Source: Acutalibacteraceae bacterium (GTDB lineage Bacteria; Bacillota; Clostridia; Oscillospirales; Acutalibacteraceae). From it: 64,000 bases of DNA. Positions 7,612-16,933 of the stretch are shown one piece after another. The translations under genes were made by a program, and so were the position numbers. How positions within the stretch are numbered: the first letter of the stretch is position 1; each line of letters starts with the position of its first letter. Below the pieces are notes generated by a model. The model was not told the DNA's origin and made no database searches. It saw only the letters and a program-made list of their open reading frames with translations. The stretch is taken from assembly GCA_045648765.1 (NCBI GenBank), contig JAZROQ010000003.1:2965-66964 (forward strand), given 5' to 3'.

Positions 7612-8532
7612 ATGATTATCAAAGGTTTTCTGCTTATGTGCGTTTCGGCCTTGGACACCGCCATGATGTCCACGGCGCGCAAACGATATGACCGCCATTG
7701 CGGCAATTCGATGTCGGCGGCAATGGGTCTTCCGTTTTTTTGCTTTTCTCTGGTTGTGCTGTTTTTGCTGATTTGGCAAGGCGGGTTCCCCAAATTTGAT
7801 GCTGTGGCTTTTCTCTTGGCAGGCATTTACGGTGTGTTAAGTCTTTTAAACACAGTGTTGGCGATAGGGGCCACGCACTACGGCAATATCAGTATGATTG
7901 GTGTGTTTTGCTCGCTTGGCTCGTTGTGTTTATCACCGCTTTACGGTTTTATTTTCAACCCGCAAGACAACGGCATTAACGTTCCCATGATTTTGGGATA
8001 CGCACTGTCGTTGACGGTTTTGGGTCTTAATTTCAAAACCGATGTCGGGTCACAAAACCGCACCAAGCAACAAAAACGCCGTTTCAACTTATGTTGTTTG
8101 GGCTTGTTTGTTGCCACGGGTATTTGCGCTGTTCTGTTTTATGTCAAAAAAGATTATGCGCCCACTTTTCCAAACAACGACTTCATTTTGCTGTACATGC
8201 TTGTCAGCACCGTTGTGGCAGGGTTGTGGTTGCTGTGGCTGTTTATAAAACCCAACACTCGCACCGTTACCAAACAAAGCGTTGCGCAAAGTTTCCGCCC
8301 TTGTGTGGTGTGGATTTTCCCCGTATACGCGTTGCTCATTGGACTGGGGGAATGGACGGCGCTTGCCGCTACGTCGTTTTTACCGGTGGTTGTCAAAGCC
8401 CCGCTTTCGTTTTCGTTGCCGGTGGTATTTACCGCCGCGATGGATTTTGCGTTTTATCGCTCCAAACCTTCGGGGCGGCAATGGTTGCAAATTGGGCTTT
8501 CGGTTTTGGCAAGTTTGTGTTTTGTGTTATAA
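7612..8532 (+). CDS. Polytopic membrane protein, possibly a DMT/EamA-like permease
   Basis: I read about 10 hydrophobic segments in two halves. The start is 8 nt after the lyase stop. I recognised no specific motif. Confidence 0.45.
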   Translation: MIIKGFLLMCVSALDTAMMSTARKRYDRHCGNSMSAAMGLPFFCFSLVVLFLLIWQGGFPKFDAVAFLLAGIYGVLSLLNTVLAIGATHYGNISMIGVFCSLGSLCLSPLYGFIFNPQDNGINVPMILGYALSLTVLGLNFKTDVGSQNRTKQQKRRFNLCCLGLFVATGICAVLFYVKKDYAPTFPNNDFILLYMLVSTVVAGLWLLWLFIKPNTRTVTKQSVAQSFRPCVVWIFPVYALLIGLGEWTALAATSFLPVVVKAPLSFSLPVVFTAAMDFAFYRSKPSGRQWLQIGLSVLASLCFVL

Positions 8533-8533
8533 C

Positions 8534-8570
8534 AAAAAAGAGGAGATGCTTTGCATCTCCTCTTTTTTTA
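8534..8570. terminator. Bidirectional terminator between the convergent permease and trmL genes
   Basis: AGAGGAGATGC-TTT-GCATCTCCTCT hairpin flanked by A-run and T-run. Confidence 0.75.
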
Positions 8571-9056
8571 TTTTAATTGACCTTGTGTGCGCAAGGCGGG
8601 AAACCCCCACTGGCGCAACACTTCGTACGCGCCGACCGCCACGGTGTTGGACAAATTCAGTGACCGTGCGGCATCGTCGTTGAGCATCGGCAACCGCACA
8701 CACCGTTCGGGATGTTCGCGCAGTAACCATTCGGGCAACCCTGCGGTTTCTTTGCCAAACAACAAATACGCGCCGTCGGGGTAGGAAACGTCGGAATAAA
8801 TGTGTGTTCCCTTGGTGGTAAAATAAAAAAACGGACCGTTGTTTTTTTCAAAAAACTCTGTCAAATTTTCATAATACGTCAAATCCAGCAAATGCCAATA
8901 ATCCAAGCCTGCGCGTTTTAATTTTTTGTCATCCACCGTAAACCCCATCGGTTTGACAATGTGCAAACGACTGCCCGTAGCAGCGCAGGTACGGCTGATA
9001 TTCCCTGTATTTTGCGGAATCTCCGGTTCCACCAAAACAATGTTGAGTTGCGGCAT
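8568..9056 (-). CDS. trmL: tRNA (cytidine/uridine-34 2'-O)-methyltransferase, SpoU/TrmL family
   Basis: LVEPEIPQNTGNISRTCAATG...LLFGKETAGLP...NLSNTVAVGAYE are SPOUT motifs. The ORF is 162 aa. Confidence 0.88.
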   Translation of the reverse strand: MPQLNIVLVEPEIPQNTGNISRTCAATGSRLHIVKPMGFTVDDKKLKRAGLDYWHLLDLTYYENLTEFFEKNNGPFFYFTTKGTHIYSDVSYPDGAYLLFGKETAGLPEWLLREHPERCVRLPMLNDDAARSLNLSNTVAVGAYEVLRQWGFPALRTQGQLK

Positions 9057-9177
9057 AGTTTCTCCTCCGTTTCGATTGTTTTATTGTACTATTAACGTCG
9101 ATTTCTGTCAAGAGTGACAACGGCGGTGAATATTCTTTGCCAAAACACAAAAGATAGGAATCTAAGGGGGAAATCAT

Positions 9178-11571
9178 ATGGTATCACCGATTTTTTTTGA
9201 TAAAGAGAGTTTTCGCAAAACATTCACCGATATGTTGTGGACCACATTTTCGGTCACACCCGAAAAATGCACCGAAGAACAATGTTACGAGGCATTGGCG
9301 CGGCTGCTTCGCGACGCTTTCAAAAAATCTCGCGCCGAGTATATGGCAGGGGTGCACCGCACACAGCAAAAACAAGTGTATTATTTGAGCATGGAATTTT
9401 TGATGGGTCGTTCGCTCAAAAATGCGTTGTATAACTGGAACCTAACGGAATTGGTCGAACAAGTGCTTTTGGAATACGGCATATCCTTGCACCGCGTATA
9501 CGAAAAAGAACCCGATGCCGGTTTGGGAAACGGCGGTTTGGGGCGTTTGGCGGCCTGTTTTTTAGATGCGCTTGCAACCGCCTCGATCCCTGCCATGGGA
9601 TATTCGCTGTTGTACGAATGTGGTATTTTTCGCCAAAAAATTGTAGACGGCAAACAACAAGAAACCCCCGATTTTTGGTTGCCCGGTGGGGAATGTTGGT
9701 TGGTTCCTCGTCCCGAACACGCCAAAGAGGTGTGGTTTGGCGGCACTTTGCAAGAAAGTTGGGACGGCGGTTTTCATCGCACCGAACACCAAAATGCCAC
9801 GGTGGTGGTTGCCAAACCCTACGATATGCTGGTCCCCGGCAAAGACGGTGCGGGCGTTTCGGTGTTGCGGTTGTGGAAAGCCACTTCGCCGAGCGGAATG
9901 GATATGTCGTTGTTTAACTGCGGAGAATACGCCCGCGCCATGGAGAAAAAATCCTTGGCGGAAGTGATCACCCAAGTATTATACCCCGCCGATGAGCACT
10001 GCGAAGGCAAACGGTTGCGCCTGACACAACAATATTTTTTAGTTTCGGCCTCAGCGCAAGACATTGTCACCCGCCATCTTGAACATTACGGCACGCCGGA
10101 TTCGTTGCCCGAAAAAGCGGCGGTTCACATTAACGATACGCACCCCACGTTAATTATCCCCGAATTGATGCGACTATTTTTGGACGAATGCGGTTACACG
10201 TGGGAAAAAGCGTGGTCGCTTGTTTGCCGCATGGTGGCCTATACCAACCACACCGTCATGCGCGAAGCGTTGGAATGTTGGCCCGAAGAGTTGTTTTCCA
10301 AACAATTGCCGCGCATTTACCAAATTGTCAAAGAGATTGACCGCCGCTATACGTGGGAACTGTCCCAAAAAGCGGGGGAACATTCGCACATGGCCATTTT
10401 GCAAAACGGCACAATCCACATGGCAAACTTGTGTATTGCCGCTGCGCACAGTGTCAACGGTGTGGCAAAAATCCACAGCCAAATCCTCAAAGAAAGCGTG
10501 TTTCGCGAAGCCTACACGCTTACTCCCGAAAAATTCAAAAACGTCACCAACGGCATTGCGCATCGGCGGTGGTTGTGTCAAGCCAATCCCTTGCTTTCGG
10601 CATGGATCACCGAACGTATCGGCAACGACTACGTGCTTGATGCCACGGCACTTTCGCGCTTGGAAAAGTTTAGCAACGATGCGGCGGCAAAAGAGGAATT
10701 TTTAGCCATCAAGCAGCACAACAAAGAACGCCTTGCGCACTATATTGCCAAAAAGAATGGTGTGGCGGTGGACCCGCGCAGCATTTTTGACGTGCAGGTA
10801 AAACGTTTGCACGAATACAAACGCCAACACCTCAATGCTTTGCACATTTTGCATCGGTATTTGGAAATCAAAGAAAACCCCACAGCCGATGTCACCCCGC
10901 GCACCTATATTTTCGGTGCCAAGGCGGCGCCGAGCTATGCCATGGCAAAAGAGATCATCCATTTGCTTTGTACCATTTCCAAACTGATTGAAAACGATGC
11001 CGCCGTGCGCGAAAAACTGCGGGTGGTGTACTTGGAAGATTACCGTGTCACCTTGGCAGAACTGTTGATGCCGGCGGCGGATATCAGCGAACAAATTTCA
11101 CTGGCGGGTACCGAAGCCAGCGGTACGGGGAACATGAAACTCATGATGAACGGTGCCATCACGTTGGGCACGCTCGATGGTGCTAACGTGGAAATCTGTG
11201 AACAGGTCGGCAAAGAAAACATGTTTTTGTTCGGCATGGAAAAACACGAAGTCGAGCAAAAACGAAACGGCTACGAGCCGAGGCGCGTTGCAGAAACCGA
11301 CAAACGGTTGCAACGCGTGTTCCAATTGCTCGAAAAGGGGATAGAGGGTGTGCGGTTTACCACTCTTGCGCAGTCGCTTTTGCAACACGACCCTTATATG
11401 GTACTTGCCGATTTCGATGCCTATTGTGCGGCGCAAGAACGGTCGGCGCAAACCTATCGCGACCGTTCTTGTTGGGGGCGTATGGCGCTTATCAACACCG
11501 CCAAAAGCGGCGTGTTTTCCGCCGACCGCTCAGTGCGCGATTATGCCAAAACGATATGGCAAATACCATAA
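9178..11571 (+). CDS. glgP: Glycogen/maltodextrin phosphorylase
   Basis: 797 aa with YLSMEFLMGRSL, GLGNGGLGRLAACFLD and the PLP site EASGTGNMKLMMNGA. Confidence 0.95.
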   Translation: MVSPIFFDKESFRKTFTDMLWTTFSVTPEKCTEEQCYEALARLLRDAFKKSRAEYMAGVHRTQQKQVYYLSMEFLMGRSLKNALYNWNLTELVEQVLLEYGISLHRVYEKEPDAGLGNGGLGRLAACFLDALATASIPAMGYSLLYECGIFRQKIVDGKQQETPDFWLPGGECWLVPRPEHAKEVWFGGTLQESWDGGFHRTEHQNATVVVAKPYDMLVPGKDGAGVSVLRLWKATSPSGMDMSLFNCGEYARAMEKKSLAEVITQVLYPADEHCEGKRLRLTQQYFLVSASAQDIVTRHLEHYGTPDSLPEKAAVHINDTHPTLIIPELMRLFLDECGYTWEKAWSLVCRMVAYTNHTVMREALECWPEELFSKQLPRIYQIVKEIDRRYTWELSQKAGEHSHMAILQNGTIHMANLCIAAAHSVNGVAKIHSQILKESVFREAYTLTPEKFKNVTNGIAHRRWLCQANPLLSAWITERIGNDYVLDATALSRLEKFSNDAAAKEEFLAIKQHNKERLAHYIAKKNGVAVDPRSIFDVQVKRLHEYKRQHLNALHILHRYLEIKENPTADVTPRTYIFGAKAAPSYAMAKEIIHLLCTISKLIENDAAVREKLRVVYLEDYRVTLAELLMPAADISEQISLAGTEASGTGNMKLMMNGAITLGTLDGANVEICEQVGKENMFLFGMEKHEVEQKRNGYEPRRVAETDKRLQRVFQLLEKGIEGVRFTTLAQSLLQHDPYMVLADFDAYCAAQERSAQTYRDRSCWGRMALINTAKSGVFSADRSVRDYAKTIWQIP

Positions 11572-11609
11572 AAAAAGCGGAGACACTTTGCAGTGTCTCC
11601 GCTTTTTTT
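11571..11609. terminator. Bidirectional terminator between convergent glgP and the symporter gene
   Basis: AGCGGAGACACT-TTGC-AGTGTCTCCGCT hairpin with an A-run and a T-run. Confidence 0.75.
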
Positions 11610-11616
11610 GGTTTTA

Positions 11617-13167
11617 TTATTCCGCGCCGTTTTTAATGGCTTCGGCATCTGCTGCTTGAATTTCGGGGTCGTAAGAGATAATGGGTTCAACGTCTTTGTT
11701 TTTCGCTTTACGGTCCACAAAGTTTTTGGTAATCTTTGCAACGAGGGGAAGCATCACCAAAACGCCGATAAGGTTGGGGATCATCATCAAACCGTTGAAG
11801 GTATCCGAGATATCCCAAGCAAGCGAAGATGTGAGAACGGCACCAAAGATAACCGTGCAAACGTGGATGATTCGGAAAACAACGGTGGTTTTGGCACCAA
11901 AAAGATATTCCCAAGCTTTGGAACCATAGTGCGACCAACCAAGAACGGTGGTAAAGGCGAACAAGAACATGGCAATGGCAACGAAACGTTGACCAATGTT
12001 ACCCCAAGAGAACACTTCGTTAAACGCGCCGCCAACCAACGTAGCGTCGGAAAGACCGGCAGCAATTTCACCGGTTTGAACGTTGAACACGCCGCCGGCA
12101 AGGCCACCGGAAGTAAGAACCACCAATGCCGTCATGGTGCAAACGACCATGGTATCGGCAAATACTTCAAAGATACCCCACATACCTTGTTTGACAGGTT
12201 CTTTCACGCTGGAATTGGAGTGAACCATAACCGAAGAACCAAGACCTGCTTCGTTGGAGAACACACCACGTTTGAAACCGTTGGTCATGGCAACGATCAC
12301 GCCGCCGATACCGCCGCCGACAAAGGCTTGCGGTTTGAAGGCGTTCACAAAAATAGCTTTAAAAGCGGGGATGATCGCATCGTAGTTGATACCAATGATA
12401 ACAAGGCTGCCAAGCACATAAAGAACAACCATAAAGGGAACAACTTTTTCGGCAACGTTGGCAATGCGTTTTACACCGCCAAGTGTGATAAGCGCGGTAA
12501 GAAGCATAATCACAACGCCCAACAAAATGTTGTAAAGCGAGATACCCTCGAACACCATAACGGAAGAAAGGGCTTTTACGTCAAAAGCGGCAGAAACGTT
12601 GGCAACAATTTTGTTCACCTGACCCATACTGCCGATACCAAAGGAAGCGAGCATGGTAAAGAGGCAGAACAAAACAGCCAACACTTTGCCAATCCATTTG
12701 CAACCTTTTTTGGCACCGAGACCGTCGCGCAAGTAATACATAGCACCGCCGGACCATTCACCCTCGGAGTTCTTGCGGCGGAAGTAAATACCCAACACGT
12801 TTTCGGCAAAGTTGGTCATCATGCCAAAGAAAGCGGCAACCCACATCCAGAACACGGCACCGGCACCGCCAAGGCACAAAGCAGCGGCAACACCGGCAAT
12901 GTTACCGGTACCCACCGTAGCGGCAAGGGCTGTGCAAAGAGCTTGGAAGGGGGAGATAACGCCCTTTTCTTTGCGGTGTTTCATAACGTTTTTGGTGAAC
13001 ATGCTGCCAATGGTGTTTTTCCACCACATGCCAAGGTGCGAAATTTGGAACACCTTGGTGCACAGGGTAACAATGATACCCGTGCCGATGAGCAGTGCAA
13101 GACCGAAGATGCCCCACACTACGCCGTTGATACTGCCGTTGATTTCGGCAATTTTGTCAAGAATCAT
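11617..13167 (-). CDS. Sodium:alanine/glycine symporter (AGCS family)
   Basis: 516 aa, polytopic. ISPFQALCTALAATVGTGNIAGVA is the AGCS signature region. A glycine riboswitch lies upstream. Confidence 0.9.
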   Translation of the reverse strand: MILDKIAEINGSINGVVWGIFGLALLIGTGIIVTLCTKVFQISHLGMWWKNTIGSMFTKNVMKHRKEKGVISPFQALCTALAATVGTGNIAGVAAALCLGGAGAVFWMWVAAFFGMMTNFAENVLGIYFRRKNSEGEWSGGAMYYLRDGLGAKKGCKWIGKVLAVLFCLFTMLASFGIGSMGQVNKIVANVSAAFDVKALSSVMVFEGISLYNILLGVVIMLLTALITLGGVKRIANVAEKVVPFMVVLYVLGSLVIIGINYDAIIPAFKAIFVNAFKPQAFVGGGIGGVIVAMTNGFKRGVFSNEAGLGSSVMVHSNSSVKEPVKQGMWGIFEVFADTMVVCTMTALVVLTSGGLAGGVFNVQTGEIAAGLSDATLVGGAFNEVFSWGNIGQRFVAIAMFLFAFTTVLGWSHYGSKAWEYLFGAKTTVVFRIIHVCTVIFGAVLTSSLAWDISDTFNGLMMIPNLIGVLVMLPLVAKITKNFVDRKAKNKDVEPIISYDPEIQAADAEAIKNGAE

Positions 13168-13203
13168 TTCTTAACGCTCCTCTTTTAAAAATTCACTTAA
13201 TAA

Positions 13204-13233
13204 TAAAAAAATCCGACCCTTTCGGTTCGGACA
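13204..13233 (-). terminator. Expression-platform terminator of the glycine riboswitch
   Basis: The minus strand reads UCCGAACC-GAAA-GGGUCGGA followed by U7, and lies 36 nt upstream of the symporter ATG. Confidence 0.65.
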
Positions 13234-13274
13234 AAATAGCACCAAAAAACCAATTTCTTGATTTTTAAAAGCTT

Positions 13275-13372
13275 CGACTTTGTCCTTTTGCCTGAGAGAT
13301 TCGGCGTTAAAAAAAACACCTTGCACCTTCGGCACTCATTTAAGAGATTCTCCAGAGTCCCCTCCGCCTTCA
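13275..13372 (-). ncRNA. Glycine riboswitch aptamer (apparently a single aptamer)
   Basis: The minus strand reads GGCGGAGGGGACTCTGGAGAATCTC...GTGCCGAAGGTGCAAGG...CGCCGAATCTCTCAGGCAAAAGGACAAAG. The CTCTGGAGA, CCGAAGGxGCAA and CTCAGGCAAAAGGAC cores are the conserved glycine-aptamer blocks. Confidence 0.8.
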
Positions 13373-13602
13373 GTCAAAAAACTTCCTAAAGGTTTCAACG
13401 GGCTATATTAAGTTGTTGACAGTATATCATAAACCAAACCGAAAAGCAATAGGGTATTTCGAAAAAATTCGACGATATTTCACACAATGTGGTTTGGCTT
13501 TTTTGGCAAACCGCCCAAAAAGATGGTCAGCAATCTTTTTTTGGTTTTAGGGAAAACCACCAGCAGTGCTGGTGGTACAATCAAGCTTTAGCTATGGGGA
13601 AT

Positions 13603-13774
13603 CCCGCCGCAGCGGAGGCCCCCTTGTGTAAAGGGGGGTGTCAAAAACCTCCGATTTTTGACTGGGGGATTGCTTGGTAAAAGAAATTATTTGGAGCAGA
13701 ATGTTGGTTTTGCGCAGACAATCCCTCCGTCTTTTTGCTGCGCAAAAATCCACCTCCCTTTACACAAGGGAGGC
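13603..13774 (+). repeat. Nested-palindrome repeat element, copy 2
   Basis: It has the same four conserved blocks as 4932-5172, in the opposite orientation. No credible CDS overlaps it. Confidence 0.6.
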
Positions 13775-13891
13775 GATTTTAACCACATTTGTGGTGGAGC
13801 AACACATGCAAAAGAAATACGTTCGATGAGCCTATAGGCTCGGCTGGTAATATGCCCTAAGGGGGCACCGGCACGACCGGTGGTTTTTGGT

Positions 13892-15532
13892 TTATTGAGC
13901 AAACCGAATGGTATCAATCGCTTTTCCGTTTAGCGTAAACGTTACGGTGTCGCCCGATTTGGCAAAGGGAAGCAAATCGGATTTGGTAACAAGCACGGTG
14001 TATACGTTCGTGTCGTTTTCCAATTTCAGATAATACACGGTGTTTCCTTCCACCACCGCCGAAGTAATGTTGGCGATTACTCCGGTTACTTCCGGTTTTT
14101 CTTCTTCGGGCGTTGTGGGAAGATTTTCGGTTTTGAGTTTCGAAATATAATCTGCTCGCGCACTTTCCACCGAATTGCCGGTACCCACGATCTGATACTG
14201 ATTCACGTCTACAAAGGCATACATTTTAACAAGCCCCGCACCGTCTTTCAGCGACATAAAATACGTGGGTCTGTCCGAAACGTTCAACAAAAGCGGGAAC
14301 GTTGCGGAATAAGAAAGGTGTTGCACTTGTCCTTCGGCAGAACTCATGGCGGAATATTCCTCGGCACCGGGAATGGTATAAAACTTCGTTTCTTTGGTGC
14401 GCAAATTCACCAACACAAAACCCACGTTGGATTCGTCGCTGGTAACCGAGGTCATACCGGTGTACAAATATACGTCGTCGTCCAACGCCAAATAATTGTA
14501 ACCGTCGGTGGGTTGCAGCACCCCGCGTTGACCGAAAATCGAGTTAAGGAACCCCGAACGGTATTTGCCGTTATAAATCAGTTGTTGTTCCACCATATAC
14601 GAATCGAACACTTGGTCGATCCAGGTAGGCACCTCGTCAAGCGCATAATAATTGCTTTCGCCGGTTTGCGCATTCATAAGAATCACACCGTCAATATCGC
14701 TGCCGCTCCAAAAACCGATTTTAAAATCAATCACCGACGCCACCCAAAACGGTGTGCCGTTGTCGTCGATTTCAAACGAAATGTTATCAAAAATCTTGGT
14801 GGGATATTTAAACCGAAGCGCACGGTTAAGGTCGCGCATAAAATATTCGCTGTCGGCATATTTAATGCCGTTTTCAAGCCGTACCAGTTCGGTTTCTTGC
14901 GTGGTCATATCCACAGTGATATAGGCGGGAATACCTTCTTGGCGGTTGTTAAACCATTTGATAATATCGCCGTACATCAAAGGTGTCACCCGCACGGGTT
15001 TTCCTTTGTAGTTAATTTGTGTGTAAATCTCTTCAATTTCAAACTGCGAAACCAAATCCGCCATTTCGCCCAGCTTGCGTTGTCCCAAGCGGGAAGCGGT
15101 GTCGCGGTCAACCACGGGTATTTGGTCTTGACTGATTTCGGCAACGTCTTCAATAAAATCGCCGTCTTGAAGGGTGATCAGTTGGTTATATGCTTTGGCG
15201 TTAAAAATCTCGGCGCCCACAATCGAAGCTCCCACGCTTAAAACCGCAATCACCAACACCAAAAGCAACGCCGCTTTGATCGGTTTGCCAAATGCTTTCA
15301 GTGTCAAACGCGGCACACCCGCCACTTTGTCCGGGTTTTTATTGTCGCGCAAAAAAGCCACCACTTGCGAAAAAGCATTGATTACCACGGCAATAATAAT
15401 CGAAAAGGTAACAAAGCTCCAAAACTCTTTACTTTGCAAGTGAATGGGCGGCAACACAAAATAGTAATACCCGCCGATAACCAGCAACGTTATCAGCCAT
15501 TTTAAAAGAGCAAACGGTACGCTTTTTTTCAT
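13892..15532 (-). CDS. Conserved-looking membrane protein of unknown function (N-terminal TM helices plus a large extracytoplasmic domain)
   Basis: 546-aa ORF with a GGAGG RBS and three hydrophobic helices in the first ~115 aa. The remainder is rich in beta-type sequence. I recognised no family. Confidence 0.6.
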   Translation of the reverse strand: MKKSVPFALLKWLITLLVIGGYYYFVLPPIHLQSKEFWSFVTFSIIIAVVINAFSQVVAFLRDNKNPDKVAGVPRLTLKAFGKPIKAALLLVLVIAVLSVGASIVGAEIFNAKAYNQLITLQDGDFIEDVAEISQDQIPVVDRDTASRLGQRKLGEMADLVSQFEIEEIYTQINYKGKPVRVTPLMYGDIIKWFNNRQEGIPAYITVDMTTQETELVRLENGIKYADSEYFMRDLNRALRFKYPTKIFDNISFEIDDNGTPFWVASVIDFKIGFWSGSDIDGVILMNAQTGESNYYALDEVPTWIDQVFDSYMVEQQLIYNGKYRSGFLNSIFGQRGVLQPTDGYNYLALDDDVYLYTGMTSVTSDESNVGFVLVNLRTKETKFYTIPGAEEYSAMSSAEGQVQHLSYSATFPLLLNVSDRPTYFMSLKDGAGLVKMYAFVDVNQYQIVGTGNSVESARADYISKLKTENLPTTPEEEKPEVTGVIANITSAVVEGNTVYYLKLENDTNVYTVLVTKSDLLPFAKSGDTVTFTLNGKAIDTIRFAQ

Positions 15533-15556
15533 AATAAAACCTCCAAAAAAATTTTT

Positions 15557-16897
15557 TTAATGGTATTCCGGCAATGTTTTTTTCCAATTGCCGCTTACAT
15601 ACAAAATAACGTTAAGTGTCGCTTCCAACCCCCACGAAATCACCCACGCCAAATAAATGCCGTTCATACCGTAAAGCGGGGCAAGCCATACGGTAAGCAA
15701 AATACGTGTAACTGCGCCAAAAGAGGTGGCAATATACAGCAGTTTCATGGCGCCGATACCGCGGCAAAACGCGTGGAATAAGCTGTTAAGCGAGTTTACC
15801 ATGGCAAACGGCAAAAAGATTCGCGCAAAATCCACGGCATACCCCAGCGCCACATTGTCGGGTACCGTGCCGAAAAACAACCGACAAATCGGTTCGGCAA
15901 ACACTGCGCTCACCACAACAAACGGTGCCGAAAGCAAAAATCCTTGCAAAAATCCCACGCGAACACTGCGGCGAAGATTGTGATATTGCCGCGCACCCAC
16001 GCTTTGCGCCACGTAGTTGGTAAGTGTTTTGGAAGAGTTTTGGTAAACGCCGGTGTTAATTTCGAAAAACCGCATCACTACCGAAAAACCGGCGGTGGCA
16101 CTGCTGCCCAGCACGTTAACAAACGGCGAAATTAAAAACGAGGCAAAATACATGGTCATCTGTTGAGCAATGGTCGGCAGTGAAAACCGCAACGCCGCGC
16201 GGGTGTCGGCAAACCCCCACACCACTTTTTCGTTTTGAACATTCAATGTTACAAAATAGCGGCGCAGTTGCCACCACAGTAACGCACAAGAAATAACGCC
16301 CGTCACGGCAGGAACCGCCGCCAACCCGACAATGCCCATGCCCCATGTTCCCACGGCAAGCAAGTTGCCGAAAACGTGTAAAACCCCTGTCAACAACGAC
16401 ACAATCAGCGGAAAGGCGCTGACCCCCAATGCGTGTAGCACACACGTAAAAGCAAACGTTATCAACGACAGCGGCAGCCCGCCAATGTAAATGGCAAAAT
16501 AGGTGGCGGCATCGTCCAACACTTTTTCGTCGGTGTTGAGCATCCGCAAAATCGGATAGCGAAAGGCAATGGACACGGCCGATAACACCAAAAGCAACAC
16601 CGCCGAAAACACCAAAAAGTTGTATGCGGCGGTTTTAAAACGCTTTACATCGCTCGAGCCGAACAACTGCGCCAAATAAATGCACACACCGTTAGTATAC
16701 CCCCACGATGCCGAAGAAATCAGCGTGATAAACCCGCTGCCGGCACCCACAGCCGCCAAACCGTCACTGCCCAAAAAGCGTCCTGCGATCATGGTGTTTA
16801 TCAGCTGCGAACTTTGTGTCAGCAAACCCGAAAGCACAATCGGTATGGCAAACAAAATAAAGGTTTTATAAATATTCCCCTCGATTAACCGCCGCAT
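15557..16897 (-). CDS. MATE family efflux transporter
   Basis: 446 aa with about 12 TM segments. The N-terminus IYKTFILFAIPIVLSGLLTQSSQLINTMIAGRFLG is typical of MATE proteins. Confidence 0.85.
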   Translation of the reverse strand: MRRLIEGNIYKTFILFAIPIVLSGLLTQSSQLINTMIAGRFLGSDGLAAVGAGSGFITLISSASWGYTNGVCIYLAQLFGSSDVKRFKTAAYNFLVFSAVLLLVLSAVSIAFRYPILRMLNTDEKVLDDAATYFAIYIGGLPLSLITFAFTCVLHALGVSAFPLIVSLLTGVLHVFGNLLAVGTWGMGIVGLAAVPAVTGVISCALLWWQLRRYFVTLNVQNEKVVWGFADTRAALRFSLPTIAQQMTMYFASFLISPFVNVLGSSATAGFSVVMRFFEINTGVYQNSSKTLTNYVAQSVGARQYHNLRRSVRVGFLQGFLLSAPFVVVSAVFAEPICRLFFGTVPDNVALGYAVDFARIFLPFAMVNSLNSLFHAFCRGIGAMKLLYIATSFGAVTRILLTVWLAPLYGMNGIYLAWVISWGLEATLNVILYVSGNWKKTLPEYH

Positions 16898-16933
16898 GGT
16901 TTTCTCCTTTCACAAAACGTGGAATCCCTTTGC

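Noticed and set aside
11593-13188. 531-aa plus-strand ORF covering the whole symporter locus
   Set aside because: It is exactly antisense to a well-supported AGCS transporter gene. Its translation is low-complexity (G/N/H/K-rich), has no RBS, and the ORF runs through the bidirectional terminator. It is a shadow ORF.
13489-13680. 63-aa ORF in the repeat-containing intergenic region
   Set aside because: It has no RBS. Its C-terminal half is encoded by the nested-palindrome repeat, which occurs in the opposite orientation at the other locus, so the peptide is not conserved.
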